A DNA stretch of 64,000 bases. Source: Candidatus Enterousia sp. (GTDB lineage Bacteria; Pseudomonadota; Alphaproteobacteria; Rs-D84). Positions 1-10,700 of this stretch are shown in pieces; position 1 is the first letter of the stretch; each line of letters starts with the position of its first letter. The DNA lies in assembly GCA_045635585.1 (NCBI GenBank), contig JAZTWA010000005.1:13101-77100 (forward strand), given 5' to 3'. Made by a program: the position numbers and the translations under genes. The notes under the pieces were generated by a model. It saw only the letters and a list, made by a program, of their open reading frames with translations, did no database searches and had not been told where the DNA came from.

Positions 1-777
1 GTTGATAAAGGTAAATGGACACGTGAAGCCTTTGGGTACATCGAATCAAAAACATATGGCCGATTGGAATTCGGATTTACAGATTCTGTGGCACGAAAAT
101 TAGGTGTTGGATTACCCGATGTTGGGGGACTGCGTATAAATGACCGACCGCTGTTTAATGAAAAAATTATACCAGACGGCCCAGTTATTGCTGACACAAC
201 GTTAACAACAGGTCGTAGCGCATTAAGAATTAATACGGTCAGCGCACCAACAAATGGTGTACAATACGGCCTGTCGGTTGCAGGAATAACTGATGATTAT
301 GATTGGGCAATGGATGCGGGATTAAAAATACGAAAACCTGTGGGCAAGATAAAAACCGCATATTCTGTTGGTGCATCTTTTATGTCGCACCCAGATAACT
401 TTGATAACGAAGTTTATACGCCAGGGGTTACCGCCGATTGGCGCGCGCAATTATCTGCCGGTATGAATTTACAGTACAACAGCTGGATATGGGGGTTAAC
501 TGCGCGCGTTATTTATGACCAGAATCCTGTTGGACCGATTTCTGATGGATTTGTTGCAGGCACAGGTATCAGTTACGATTTATTAAAATACAGCGTATCT
601 TTGACATACATGTTTTCTGATACAGGAATTTGGCAAAATGATGTTACAGACTTTCAAGACAACATGTTAATTGCATCTTTTAGATATAAGTATAGCGAAT
701 TTGTTGATGGTTGGATGTCGGGTGGCGTTACATCAAAAACTCCGTTTATATCCGCAGGACTGCGCGTAACGTTTTAG
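1..777 (+). CDS. Outer-membrane porin (5'-truncated by the window edge)
   Basis: Frame +1 is open from base 1 (VDKGKWTREAFGYIESKTYGRLEFG...). It has alternating beta-strand pattern and a C-terminal ...SAGLRVTF beta-signal ending in Phe. Confidence 0.75.
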   Translation, partial: VDKGKWTREAFGYIESKTYGRLEFGFTDSVARKLGVGLPDVGGLRINDRPLFNEKIIPDGPVIADTTLTTGRSALRINTVSAPTNGVQYGLSVAGITDDYDWAMDAGLKIRKPVGKIKTAYSVGASFMSHPDNFDNEVYTPGVTADWRAQLSAGMNLQYNSWIWGLTARVIYDQNPVGPISDGFVAGTGISYDLLKYSVSLTYMFSDTGIWQNDVTDFQDNMLIASFRYKYSEFVDGWMSGGVTSKTPFISAGLRVTF

Positions 778-778
778 T

Positions 779-806
779 AAAAAACCGCCATTGGCGGTTT
801 TATTTT
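779..806. terminator. Bidirectional intrinsic terminator
   Basis: aaaaccgcc-att-ggcggtttt hairpin between convergent genes. Confidence 0.8.
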
Positions 807-1149
807 ATCGTGTCTTGATTGTGTGTGTTTTTGGTAACATACGCCACAATTCCGTTACATCTGGATACAAAGGATCACCTTTATGAAATTCTTTTTTATT
901 TATAATCTTTACTATTCGATATTGTGGCACAAAAATCAAATCCATTGGTCCATAAATTCTAGGTTCTTCGGGATAAATACTGATACGAACATTATCCAAT
1001 TGAACAAAATTATATCCAACAGTTATGCTATATTTTTCAAAATTATCTTTTAGGTATTTGATATTTTTTGCAAGTGTAGCATTAGATAATTTCGACCAAT
1101 CATCTGGAAATTTTCTTTTATCAAAATTAAATACGTTTTGCCAATCCAT
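805..1149 (-). CDS. Hypothetical protein (ORFan, about 114 aa)
   Basis: Co-oriented just downstream of yidC. ATG at 1149 (MDWQNVF...) is preferred over GTG at 1164. No motif recognised. Confidence 0.65.
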   Translation of the reverse strand: MDWQNVFNFDKRKFPDDWSKLSNATLAKNIKYLKDNFEKYSITVGYNFVQLDNVRISIYPEEPRIYGPMDLIFVPQYRIVKIINKKEFHKGDPLYPDVTELWRMLPKTHTIKTR

Positions 1150-1170
1150 ATCAAATACCCACACTTTATA

Positions 1171-2733
1171 TTACTTGGAACGTTTTTTTATTATCTGCAT
1201 TTGAACAATTCCAAAGATATTTGACACCGTCCAATACAGAACCAAACCTGCAGGCATCCACGCAAACATTACCGTAAACAATAATGGCATCCACAACATC
1301 ATCTTTTGTGTTTGAGCAACCATATCATTACCAGAAGTATTTTTATTAGACGCTGATTGCAAGCGCTGTTGTAACCACATTGTTATACCCATTAATACAG
1401 GCAGAATAAATGTTGGGTCCATTGCAGACAAATCAGACACCCACAAAAAGTGCGCGTTTCGCATTTGCACAGAAACCAATAACGCCTTGTACAACGCAAA
1501 GAAAATCGGAATCTGAATCAACATTGGTAAACAGCCAGACATTGGCGATGTTTTGTGTGTTTGATACAGTTTCATCATTTCCATCTGAAGACGCATTTTA
1601 TCATTCGCATATAATTTTTGAATACGCTGCATTTCTGGTTGCATCTTTTGCATTGCGACCATCGATGTATATGATTTGCGTGTCAATGGCCACATCAACA
1701 TGCGCAATAATATTGTCATGATAATAATCGCGACACCATAATTCATAACAAATGCATGAATCATATTTAACAACCACAACATTGGACGTGCCAAAAATCC
1801 AAACCAACCATAATCAATTGTATCTGCGATGCCTGCAATTTTACTTTCTGCAACATCTAATACACCTTGTTCACGCGGTCCCGCAAACACATTTGTTGTG
1901 ATTGTACGACTTGCATTCGGTGCAATTGATACGGCACCCGCTGCAACATCTGCCGTATATTTATCACCAGTTTTTTTCATACGAATTGTTTGATCCGCAC
2001 TGTCCACAGAAACAATCGTTTCCCAATACTGGTCCGCAAAACCAGTAAAACCATTTATCGTCGAATACGCATATGATTTTTTATCTAGTTTTGACCATGC
2101 TTGTTCTTCAATATCCGAATTCACATACGCAATTGCACCATTGTTTACACCCGCCGCAGACTTTACATTATTATCACGAACAATTCGCGCGTATGGCGCA
2201 AAAGCAATATCATGATTTGTCGTATTCTTAATTGTATCTGTTATTGTTAATACATATCCATCCGCAGTGATTGCACGTGTAAATTCAACACCGTCTGGAT
2301 TACGCCACACATATGCACCATTTGATTCGCGCCATATCGTATTTGCAACAGGCGCCGCAGATCCTGTTGACATCAAACCAACTTCGACAAAATTATTATC
2401 TGCATCCAACAAGGTAACAACTTCTTCTGATTCAGGCGAAACATTGTATTTAGATAATTTAATATCTGATATACGCAACCCCTGAACAGACGCATCAATA
2501 ACATCAGACGAAACATGGGATACAGGAACAGATGACACATCAATTATACCCGTCGTTTCTGCAACAGTCTGTGTCTGATTTTTCGGTCCCATAATAAAGC
2601 CAATTGCCCACCATGCCGCCAAAAACAAAACAACCCACCATAAAAAACCAGAAAATGTAGGCTTTTTCTGAGACGCATTTTTATTCGCATTCCACATATT
2701 AAACCCAGAATTTTTATCCATATACTGAACCAT
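1171..2733 (-). CDS. yidC: Membrane protein insertase YidC
   Basis: N-terminal TM, periplasmic domain, DYGWF, NYGVAII, GCLPMLIQIPIFFALY and PAGLVLYWTVSN motifs. Confidence 0.97.
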   Translation of the reverse strand: MVQYMDKNSGFNMWNANKNASQKKPTFSGFLWWVVLFLAAWWAIGFIMGPKNQTQTVAETTGIIDVSSVPVSHVSSDVIDASVQGLRISDIKLSKYNVSPESEEVVTLLDADNNFVEVGLMSTGSAAPVANTIWRESNGAYVWRNPDGVEFTRAITADGYVLTITDTIKNTTNHDIAFAPYARIVRDNNVKSAAGVNNGAIAYVNSDIEEQAWSKLDKKSYAYSTINGFTGFADQYWETIVSVDSADQTIRMKKTGDKYTADVAAGAVSIAPNASRTITTNVFAGPREQGVLDVAESKIAGIADTIDYGWFGFLARPMLWLLNMIHAFVMNYGVAIIIMTILLRMLMWPLTRKSYTSMVAMQKMQPEMQRIQKLYANDKMRLQMEMMKLYQTHKTSPMSGCLPMLIQIPIFFALYKALLVSVQMRNAHFLWVSDLSAMDPTFILPVLMGITMWLQQRLQSASNKNTSGNDMVAQTQKMMLWMPLLFTVMFAWMPAGLVLYWTVSNIFGIVQMQIIKKRSK

Positions 2734-2735
2734 AT

Positions 2736-3272
2736 TTATTTACCACCCTTTATGTTTTTTATACATGCACGACGTGCACAATACCAATTCAATAGATATA
2801 AACCAACACCAACAACAATGCAAATATCTGCAACATTAAATGCCGGCCAATGGTATCCGCCAATATGAAAATCCAAGAAATCAACAACCGCACCAAAACG
2901 TATTCTATCAATCAGATTACCAATTGCACCACCCGCAATCAATGCCAATGGCACACGTTCATAACGCGCGGCACGTACAAACAGGTAATACAAGATACAA
3001 CCAATAACCGCACCCGTCGCAGTAACAATAACCAACGGTGCAGATTCACCCAATGCACGAAACAAGGAAAATGACGCACCAGGATTCCATGTGAATACAA
3101 TATTAAAACAATCCAGCACATGTGTCATCAAATATGGCACAGGCACAACTTCCCATGCGGCCCCAAACAATGGCACAGTTCCGGTTATCAAGTATAACAA
3201 TATAGATTTAGTTATTTGGTCAAACAGAATCGAACCAAATATGATTGATAAAATTAATGTGGTCTTTTTCAT
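2736..3272 (-). CDS. lspA: Lipoprotein signal peptidase II
   Basis: DQITK, NPGASFS, GAIGNLIDRIRFGAVVDFL and PAFNVADICI motifs. Confidence 0.96.
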   Translation of the reverse strand: MKKTTLILSIIFGSILFDQITKSILLYLITGTVPLFGAAWEVVPVPYLMTHVLDCFNIVFTWNPGASFSLFRALGESAPLVIVTATGAVIGCILYYLFVRAARYERVPLALIAGGAIGNLIDRIRFGAVVDFLDFHIGGYHWPAFNVADICIVVGVGLYLLNWYCARRACIKNIKGGK

Positions 3273-3356
3273 TTTGTCTTTCCCATGGATAGACTGTTAA
3301 TATAACAATACATAAAAATAAAAGCAAATAAAATGTCCCCAAAATGAGGACGATTA

Positions 3357-5066
3357 TTAATCACGTTTATCAGAAATTACAGTTGCCAATGCAGCATAAT
3401 TATCGGCGCGCATTTCCGATAACAAATCTTCAACATCGTGATCTGGAACACCCAAACAAGACAAAACAGCATACCCCAAAAAGAAAGATGATTCTATGGT
3501 TTCTGGCATTGATGCATTTATTCCTTCGCGCAGTAACATCTGAGAATCGGCCAAATTACGCGCACGTGCAAAAATCTTGACGCGTGGCGCAATAGACTTT
3601 ATCGCCAATATCGATTTACGTGCCGTATTGGCATTGTCCAGCGCAACAACAACAGCACGATTTTTTCGTGGACGAACACCAAATTCATACAAAACATCAC
3701 GATTTGTTGAATCACCATAAACAACATTAAAGCCTTGTTCGCGCCCCATCATTACCGTATTAACATCCATATCAATTGCAACATACGATATATTTTGCGC
3801 ATCCAGCATTTGACATATAATTTGACCAACACGACCAAATCCACAGACGACAACATCTGTTGGTTTGCGCGATTCCGACTTTTCCATCGCCTTTGTCATA
3901 CGCTGGGACATCAACCAACCATGTTTACGCATAAAATCATATACACACAACAAAAGTGGCGTCATCATAATAGATAAAACGATTATCGCCGTTAAAATTT
4001 CTTCGTGCCCCGATGGTATTGCGCGAATACCAGACGTCTTCATTGTCTGTAACATTAACAATGCAAATTCACCGCCTTGGGCCAACAACAACGCAATTAT
4101 AGCAGATTCAGGTGCGGATATACCGCGAACACGTGCAACCATAAATATTGCGGCAAACTTTATTACTATTAACCCGACAACACCCGCCAACACAAAATAC
4201 CAATTATCCATCAGTAATGGTAAATTTAATCCCATGCCCAACGATATAAAGAACATCGCCAAGAACAATATAGAATATGGCATAATTTCAGCCGTAATCT
4301 GGTGACGATAAATCGTTTCAGACATTAACATACCAGCCAAGAATGCACCTAATCCCGCCGGCAATCCCATAAAATTCAACAATACCGCCCAGATAACGAT
4401 ATTCAACATAATCGCCAACAAAAAAGCTTCTTTGGATTTTACCTTTGCAACAAAACGCAATAACGGCGTCATAATAAAACGACCAACCAATATCACAGAA
4501 AGAATTAGCGCCACAGATATAACCACAACATCTATTGCGGTTGCGCCCAAATTAAAACTTTTTCCGGCAAATACAGGTAACATCGCCAATAACGGAATTG
4601 ATAATAAATCTTGGAATAATAAAATCGAAAATGTCTGACGACCCATTTCGGTATTTAACTGATTCCGGTCGGTCAATAGTTGCATATCCGCAGACGTACT
4701 GGACATTGCTAACATTAACGACACCATTATACAACCCATAATTGACCAGCCTGTAAAACCAAACAACAATGGGAACAACATCATGACAACCATCATTACC
4801 TGGGCTGCACCAAAACCAAAAATATTATGCTTCATACGCCACAGACGTTTGATATTTATTTCCAGACCAATTGTGAACCACAAAAACATTATTCCCAAAT
4901 CGCCCAAAAACGTCCATGTATCGGTCAATTTGAACAAATCAAATACATATGGGCCAGATAATACACCCGCCAACAAAAACGCAACCAATGCACCAATACG
5001 CGCAGTACGCATTATATAAACCAAAACAAATACGACGGCAAAAAATGCCAATAATGACATGGACAT
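3357..5066 (-). CDS. Kef-type K+/H+ antiporter (CPA2 family with KTN domain)
   Basis: Multi-TM N-terminus (LFTIGLE-like, LLFQDL, LGAFLAGMLMSE, QGGEFA) and C-terminal Rossmann motif VCGFGRVGQ. Confidence 0.92.
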   Translation of the reverse strand: MSMSLLAFFAVVFVLVYIMRTARIGALVAFLLAGVLSGPYVFDLFKLTDTWTFLGDLGIMFLWFTIGLEINIKRLWRMKHNIFGFGAAQVMMVVMMLFPLLFGFTGWSIMGCIMVSLMLAMSSTSADMQLLTDRNQLNTEMGRQTFSILLFQDLLSIPLLAMLPVFAGKSFNLGATAIDVVVISVALILSVILVGRFIMTPLLRFVAKVKSKEAFLLAIMLNIVIWAVLLNFMGLPAGLGAFLAGMLMSETIYRHQITAEIMPYSILFLAMFFISLGMGLNLPLLMDNWYFVLAGVVGLIVIKFAAIFMVARVRGISAPESAIIALLLAQGGEFALLMLQTMKTSGIRAIPSGHEEILTAIIVLSIMMTPLLLCVYDFMRKHGWLMSQRMTKAMEKSESRKPTDVVVCGFGRVGQIICQMLDAQNISYVAIDMDVNTVMMGREQGFNVVYGDSTNRDVLYEFGVRPRKNRAVVVALDNANTARKSILAIKSIAPRVKIFARARNLADSQMLLREGINASMPETIESSFFLGYAVLSCLGVPDHDVEDLLSEMRADNYAALATVISDKRD

Positions 5067-5102
5067 ATGTATTCTCTCTCTTGCTGTATGTATACAGTTT
5101 TA

Positions 5103-5927
5103 TTATAACAAATTTTCCGCCAATAACGCAAACATTTCTGGAGATAAATTTTCGGCGCGTTCCGTACCCGTTAATCCAAAGCACGCCCAATCAACATTCG
5201 GTATAATACCACGTATCATTTTACGGCGCATCCCAAACAAGCGGGCCGTTATTTGTTCAATTTTTTCCAGACTTTTTATTTGCGATATTTTTTCAGGATT
5301 TGGAATTATTTGAACAACCGCAGACTGGACACGTGGTCGTGGAAAGAATGCAGTATTTGGCACATCAAACAAAATACGCGAATCCGTCAGCAAAGATACC
5401 AAAACCGCCAAGCGACCATACTGGGCATCACCACAACGTGCGGTTATGCGTTCGGCAACTTCGCGTTGAAACATTAATGTTAATGATTTTATCTGTTCAC
5501 CATGTGCAATTTTTTGCAACCATGATATTAACAATTCTGTACCAACATTATATGGCAGATTTGCACATATCGAATATTCATCGAATCCCAATTCGGAAAA
5601 GTTTACACGCAACGCATCATCATAAATTACCGTCAAACGACCATCAGATGCATCAACGACGCGCGATAAAATCGGTTCTGTTGTTTTGTCTTTTTCAATT
5701 GCAACAACACGTTTTGCACCCGCCATCAACAGCGCACGCGTCAATCCCGCAGGCCCAGGACCAACTTCGACCACAGGAATCGTATCAATATTGGGAACAC
5801 TGTGTGCGATGCGACCCGTCAGATTCAAGTCAAACAAGAAATTTTGTCCGAACTGTTTTTTGGGTTCCAACCCACATTCACGCATCATTGCGGATACAGG
5901 TGGCAAATTTGCAATCATATCTGTCAT
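5103..5927 (-). CDS. rsmA: 16S rRNA m6,2A dimethyltransferase KsgA
   Basis: KKQFGQNFL, VEVGPGPAGLT, ANLPYNV and MFQREVAERI motifs. Confidence 0.97.
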   Translation of the reverse strand: MTDMIANLPPVSAMMRECGLEPKKQFGQNFLFDLNLTGRIAHSVPNIDTIPVVEVGPGPAGLTRALLMAGAKRVVAIEKDKTTEPILSRVVDASDGRLTVIYDDALRVNFSELGFDEYSICANLPYNVGTELLISWLQKIAHGEQIKSLTLMFQREVAERITARCGDAQYGRLAVLVSLLTDSRILFDVPNTAFFPRPRVQSAVVQIIPNPEKISQIKSLEKIEQITARLFGMRRKMIRGIIPNVDWACFGLTGTERAENLSPEMFALLAENLL

Positions 5928-6517
5928 AATGTTTTACGCCCCCCAAACGCCAATGTTAATGTACCATCATCCAAATAATCTAAATCACCACCCAATGGTA
6001 CACCAGATGCCAATTCCGAAAAGAGAATATCTGATTTACCAATCATAGACATAATATAATGCTGGGTTGTTTTGCCTTCGACCGTATTGGGCAGTGCGAA
6101 AATGATTTCAGATACAGATTCTGAATCTATGCGATCGCGCAATGTACTTAAATTCAAATCTTGGGGCAATGTGCCGGTTGCACCAGACAACAAACCACCA
6201 ATTATATGATATCGACCATGGAAAACAGATGATTTTTCCAACACCCAAACATCGGACAAATCACGCACAATACACAATTGACCATTTGCACGATTTACAT
6301 CACGACAAAATTCACATGCACATCCACGTGCCGTTAAAACACCACAATTGGTACATGGGGCAATATTTTCGACCGCATCGCTTATTGCATCGGCCAATGC
6401 CATTGCACGTCCTGTTTTATCCTGTAATAATGCCAGTGCAATACGTTGTCCGCCACGCGAACCAACACGTGGCAATTTTGCAAACAACTTTATTAATTTT
6501 TCAATCTTTGGATTCAT
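5924..6517 (-). CDS. recR: Recombination mediator RecR
   Basis: HhH motif LPRVG, C4 zinc finger, and Toprim domain (TVEGKTT; GVPLGGDLDYLDDGTL). Confidence 0.96.
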   Translation of the reverse strand: MNPKIEKLIKLFAKLPRVGSRGGQRIALALLQDKTGRAMALADAISDAVENIAPCTNCGVLTARGCACEFCRDVNRANGQLCIVRDLSDVWVLEKSSVFHGRYHIIGGLLSGATGTLPQDLNLSTLRDRIDSESVSEIIFALPNTVEGKTTQHYIMSMIGKSDILFSELASGVPLGGDLDYLDDGTLTLAFGGRKTL

Positions 6518-6532
6518 AGTTTTAATAAAATA

Positions 6533-7717
6533 CTAGTGAAAAACGTAACTGTCAATACCGTTTGATGTAGCGGCAGATTTTATTTGCTGGGCCGCGGTTT
6601 CAGTTAACCCATATGCACGAACACGATACAATCCATTTCCCGTTGGTTCAACAGTCGCAACCACACCCAATTTTGATTTTATATTTGCAGCGTGTCTGTT
6701 GGCGGCATCAATTGAACCAAAGGCCCCAAACTGAACCCCCGCATTGCCAGATGACGTTTTTGGTGTGGTATTGTATGTGGGCGCCACATTCTGTTGTGCA
6801 ACCGCCCCCGTTGCCGCGTTATACGCCGCAGAAAATGTTGTTGGCGCGTTATCATTCACAACGGGTGCAGAACCCGCCCCCACAACCGGCGGCACAGGTG
6901 TATTCTTTACCACAGGTGCAGAACCCGAGTTTAACATTTCAAAACCACGATTTAACATTTGAACAGAAACATTTGCGCGCACATCTTTGGATTCGGCACC
7001 CAAAACAACCGACATCAAACGTTTATCCCCACGGTGCGCTGTTGCAACCAATGAATATTTTGATTTTTTTGTATATCCTGTTTTCATACCATCACAGCCA
7101 TTATATGACGTCAGCAATCGATTCCCATTTGTATATGTTTTTCCATCATAGACCCATGATTTAATCCCAAAAAAGTGCCAATATTGTGGAAAATGTTTAT
7201 AAACCGCCATGGATAACAATGCAATATCACGTGCAGTTGACATATGGTCATCATTTGGCAGACCAGACGAATTTTCAAAATTTGTATTCGTTAAACCAAT
7301 TTCACGCGCAACACGTGTCATCAAATCGGCAAAAGTTTCTTCTTGGCCCCCTTTTAGGTTTTCAGCCAACACGCGTGCAACGTCATTTGCACTGTACACC
7401 GCCAATGCCTTTATTGCATCTTCGACGCGAATTTTTGAACCCGCTGCCAATCCCAACTTTACCGGTTCGGCATTGGCCGCCGCGCGCGAAACAATCAAAT
7501 AATCATTTAATGTTAAACGCCCATGTTCCAACGCATCAAACGTCAGATATAGTGTCATTATTTTTGTTAAACTGGCCGGATAATTGGGTTCATTTGCGTT
7601 TTCTTGGTACAGGACACGCCCCGTTTCCATATCCGCGACCAATGCCGCACGATATTGTGCCGCGAATAGATTTGAAGATATTAATATTGTAAATAAAAAT
7701 GAAAAAATCCGTCCCAT
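6533..7717 (-). CDS. D-alanyl-D-alanine carboxypeptidase (S11) with C-terminal SPOR domain
   Basis: PASLTK (SxxK), SAN (SxN) and KTG motifs, a P/A-rich linker, and an SPOR-like VQFGAF...YRVR tail. Start refined to ATG 7717. Confidence 0.92.
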   Translation of the reverse strand: MGRIFSFLFTILISSNLFAAQYRAALVADMETGRVLYQENANEPNYPASLTKIMTLYLTFDALEHGRLTLNDYLIVSRAAANAEPVKLGLAAGSKIRVEDAIKALAVYSANDVARVLAENLKGGQEETFADLMTRVAREIGLTNTNFENSSGLPNDDHMSTARDIALLSMAVYKHFPQYWHFFGIKSWVYDGKTYTNGNRLLTSYNGCDGMKTGYTKKSKYSLVATAHRGDKRLMSVVLGAESKDVRANVSVQMLNRGFEMLNSGSAPVVKNTPVPPVVGAGSAPVVNDNAPTTFSAAYNAATGAVAQQNVAPTYNTTPKTSSGNAGVQFGAFGSIDAANRHAANIKSKLGVVATVEPTGNGLYRVRAYGLTETAAQQIKSAATSNGIDSYVFH

Positions 7718-7724
7718 ATGTGAA

Positions 7725-7754
7725 ATGATAATAAAAAAACACACATCTGGTCAA
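7725..7754 (-). promoter_or_regulatory. Putative sigma70 promoter (leaderless transcript)
   Basis: TTGACC-18-TATCAT, then 7 nt to ATG 7717. No Shine-Dalgarno sequence. Confidence 0.55.
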
Positions 7755-7768
7755 TAGTTAATAAAAAT

Positions 7769-7797
7769 AAAAAATCCCCCGTTTGGGGGATTTTTTT
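7769..7797. terminator. Intrinsic terminator, ATCCCC family
   Basis: aaaaaatccccc-gttt-gggggattttttt at the end of the 1061-aa gene. Confidence 0.85.
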
Positions 7798-10700
7798 AAT
7801 CCAATGTAATCGTGAAGACTCCGCCATATGTTCCGACGGGTTCGCCACCAACATAACATTCGATTTTGGAACCGACGTTATCCATAAATTCTTGGATGGC
7901 TTCTTGTTCGGCTTTATCCAATTCGGCGTCTTGAACAGCCTTGGTTATACCGTAACCCAATCCAGCACCGGCACCAGCACTGATAACACCGCCCAACAGT
8001 TTACCACCGTTTTTATCCCACCATTCGCCAGCCTGTGACTTTTCTTTTTCAATAGACTGGGCATTTTCATACATTTCTGTGGTCAAATCATCACATTGTG
8101 TTTTCATATCTTCAATTTGCTCAAAGAATGCGCTTGCAGTATTAGTATTAGTATTAGTATTATAGTTTGCACGTGCCGAATCATATGCGGATGTTGTTAC
8201 GACATCGAATTTTTCAAATATCTTTAACACACGATTTTCGTATTTTTGGTATCCGGCTTCTTTCGGCGTTGCGCTACTTTTAAATAAATTCGCAAAAGCA
8301 TCAACCATTTTATTACACTGATTTTTTTGTGCCTTTAATTCCGTATTTGACATAACGGCGGTGTTTTTCTTTTGATTCAAGCCACCCAATACGCCATCAC
8401 CTTTATTCTTGGAACCATTTTGGATATAATCACCCAAGAATACGCCACCGGTCCCCAGACCCAATGCACCAACCGCGGCCATCCAACCAGCAATCTTTGG
8501 CTGTGATGCTTCTTTGGTGTCGCGTGCGTCTTGACCCGCCTTTTCTGACAATTCTTTTAATTTATCAGATGGAATCCATGAACCACATACGAATGCGTCA
8601 CCAACCGCAAAGTATGTTGTCGCCCAATCTGCACCCGCATTGATTGCATCTTGGATATATTTATCATCGGAATGCAACGTTACACGTGCACGACAGAAGG
8701 AACCATACAAATCGTTACTGGCCACCATTTGATTTGCTTTTAATCCGTTTCCAGTATATCCATTTGGAACCTTGTTCGATTTCAATTTTACCCACATATA
8801 TGTTGAACCATTATCTTTGGCCCCCATGATGCCGCCATTGTTCATGGCAAAGCAACGATTTTGTTCTTGGGTTAATTTTGCATTATATTTCGCCTGGGCT
8901 TCGATTTCCAAATCGTAAATCAGGTCGCGGAACAATGTGCTGGCCGCCTGGGTTTCGGCATATGTCGTATATGAAATCATAACAGGTTTATCATATACTG
9001 CACCATTTGCATCAACATTGAAACATACCCCTTGGTCGCCAGACGCATTTGAACACAGCTGATTACCATATTCATCTGTTGCCTGAACTTCTTCGGTTGT
9101 GGCGGTCATCTTGGACGCACCACCCGCATCAATCCATCCACCACGTACCGTTGTGGAATTACCCCAACTGGACGCACCGACACTCTTGTCTTGGATTTTC
9201 ATTTTATTTGTTTCGATTGCCAAGTGTTCTTCACAAACAGATGCGTTTTTAACCGTATCAACACACAATCCCAATACGATTGTATAATCCAAAACACCAC
9301 CAACCTTGTTCATTGATTTATCAAACGATGCATCACCACTGTTGGTTAATGTTGAATACATATCTGTACGATTGCGATAGCAATTTACATAATCTGTACC
9401 ACACAATGACTTAACACAAGATGTCGCAACAGATTGACATTGTTTCTTCATCTGGGCAATTGCGGCATCACTATAATTTGTTGCCAATGATGCATTTAAT
9501 GATGCAATTACACCAATTGGGTCCGCTTCTGCGCCAGAATCATATTCTGGGAACAATGTATCAAATGCATCACCCATATTAAATGAATATGTGTATGTAC
9601 CCGTTGCATTTGGATTTTGGGCCGCATATTTACAATTCGCGTCGGTATTTACAATAGATGCACAACCCGTTCTGATTTCTTCACGTGTGTATTCGTTGTT
9701 AATTGTTTTGTCGCCATTACCAAAAACCTGGGAATAACATGCCGCACCAGAACCAGAACCACAAACACGCATTGCACATGACGATAATGTTTGCGCACAT
9801 TTTTCTTTGGCACGCGTATCAAACTTTTCAACCAATTCGGTTACACGCGCCTTCATGCCAGAATTGTAACGCGCACTGTATGCCGCATCAAAGATTTCTT
9901 CTTGGTTATCTTCGTCACGCAACTGGGACGCGGTTGGCATCATGCCATCGCCCAAGAATGTTGCATAACAATATTTGTTTGAACCAATTGTATCCAAACA
10001 TGAATTCTTGATATAGGCAGATATATTTGATTTATCGACCGTCGTCATCGTTTCCGCCAATTCTGTGACTGATGTACCGTTATTAATAGCATCAACCAAA
10101 CTGATTGTGCCAGCAGTTGCATTTTCATAACATTTGTATGGATTGGCCGTACATGCACCCAAGAAACATTGGTCAACAACCTTGTAACATGTGGATACCG
10201 CGTTTACCGCCGCCAATGCGCCACCTTCGGCAATTAATTCACCAACACGACTGGACGCGGTTGGATTTGCCGTCAAAGATGATGAACCCAACAATTCTGT
10301 TACACCTTCGCCCTGACAACGCGCCAAGGTAGAATCACAATAAACGCGCTGTTTCTTGAATTCAGCATTCGTTGTACATAATTCAAATTCAGAACCACAA
10401 ACACTGTCTTTTTTCAAGCATGATGTATAACGTTTTACACATGTCGATGTATCGTATTTGTTCGAAATCGCCGCCGCAGTAATCAATTGTTCCAGAACAC
10501 TGCCAGTCGCAGGATATTTATAACTGGCCACTTCGCCATAAGAATTTGTTGTCGCAACATCAGACAACGCCGCAACGTTAGATGTACCAAACAAACTTTT
10601 TATACCATCAGATGAACACTGGGCCAATGTGGACAAACATTGTGGCATTTTTGCGTGAAACAAGATACCAGTTGTACATTCTTCGAAATTTGGCCCACAG

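Noticed and set aside
5300-5929. 209-aa plus-strand ORF
   Set aside because: Antisense shadow of rsmA with His/Gln-rich non-protein-like composition.
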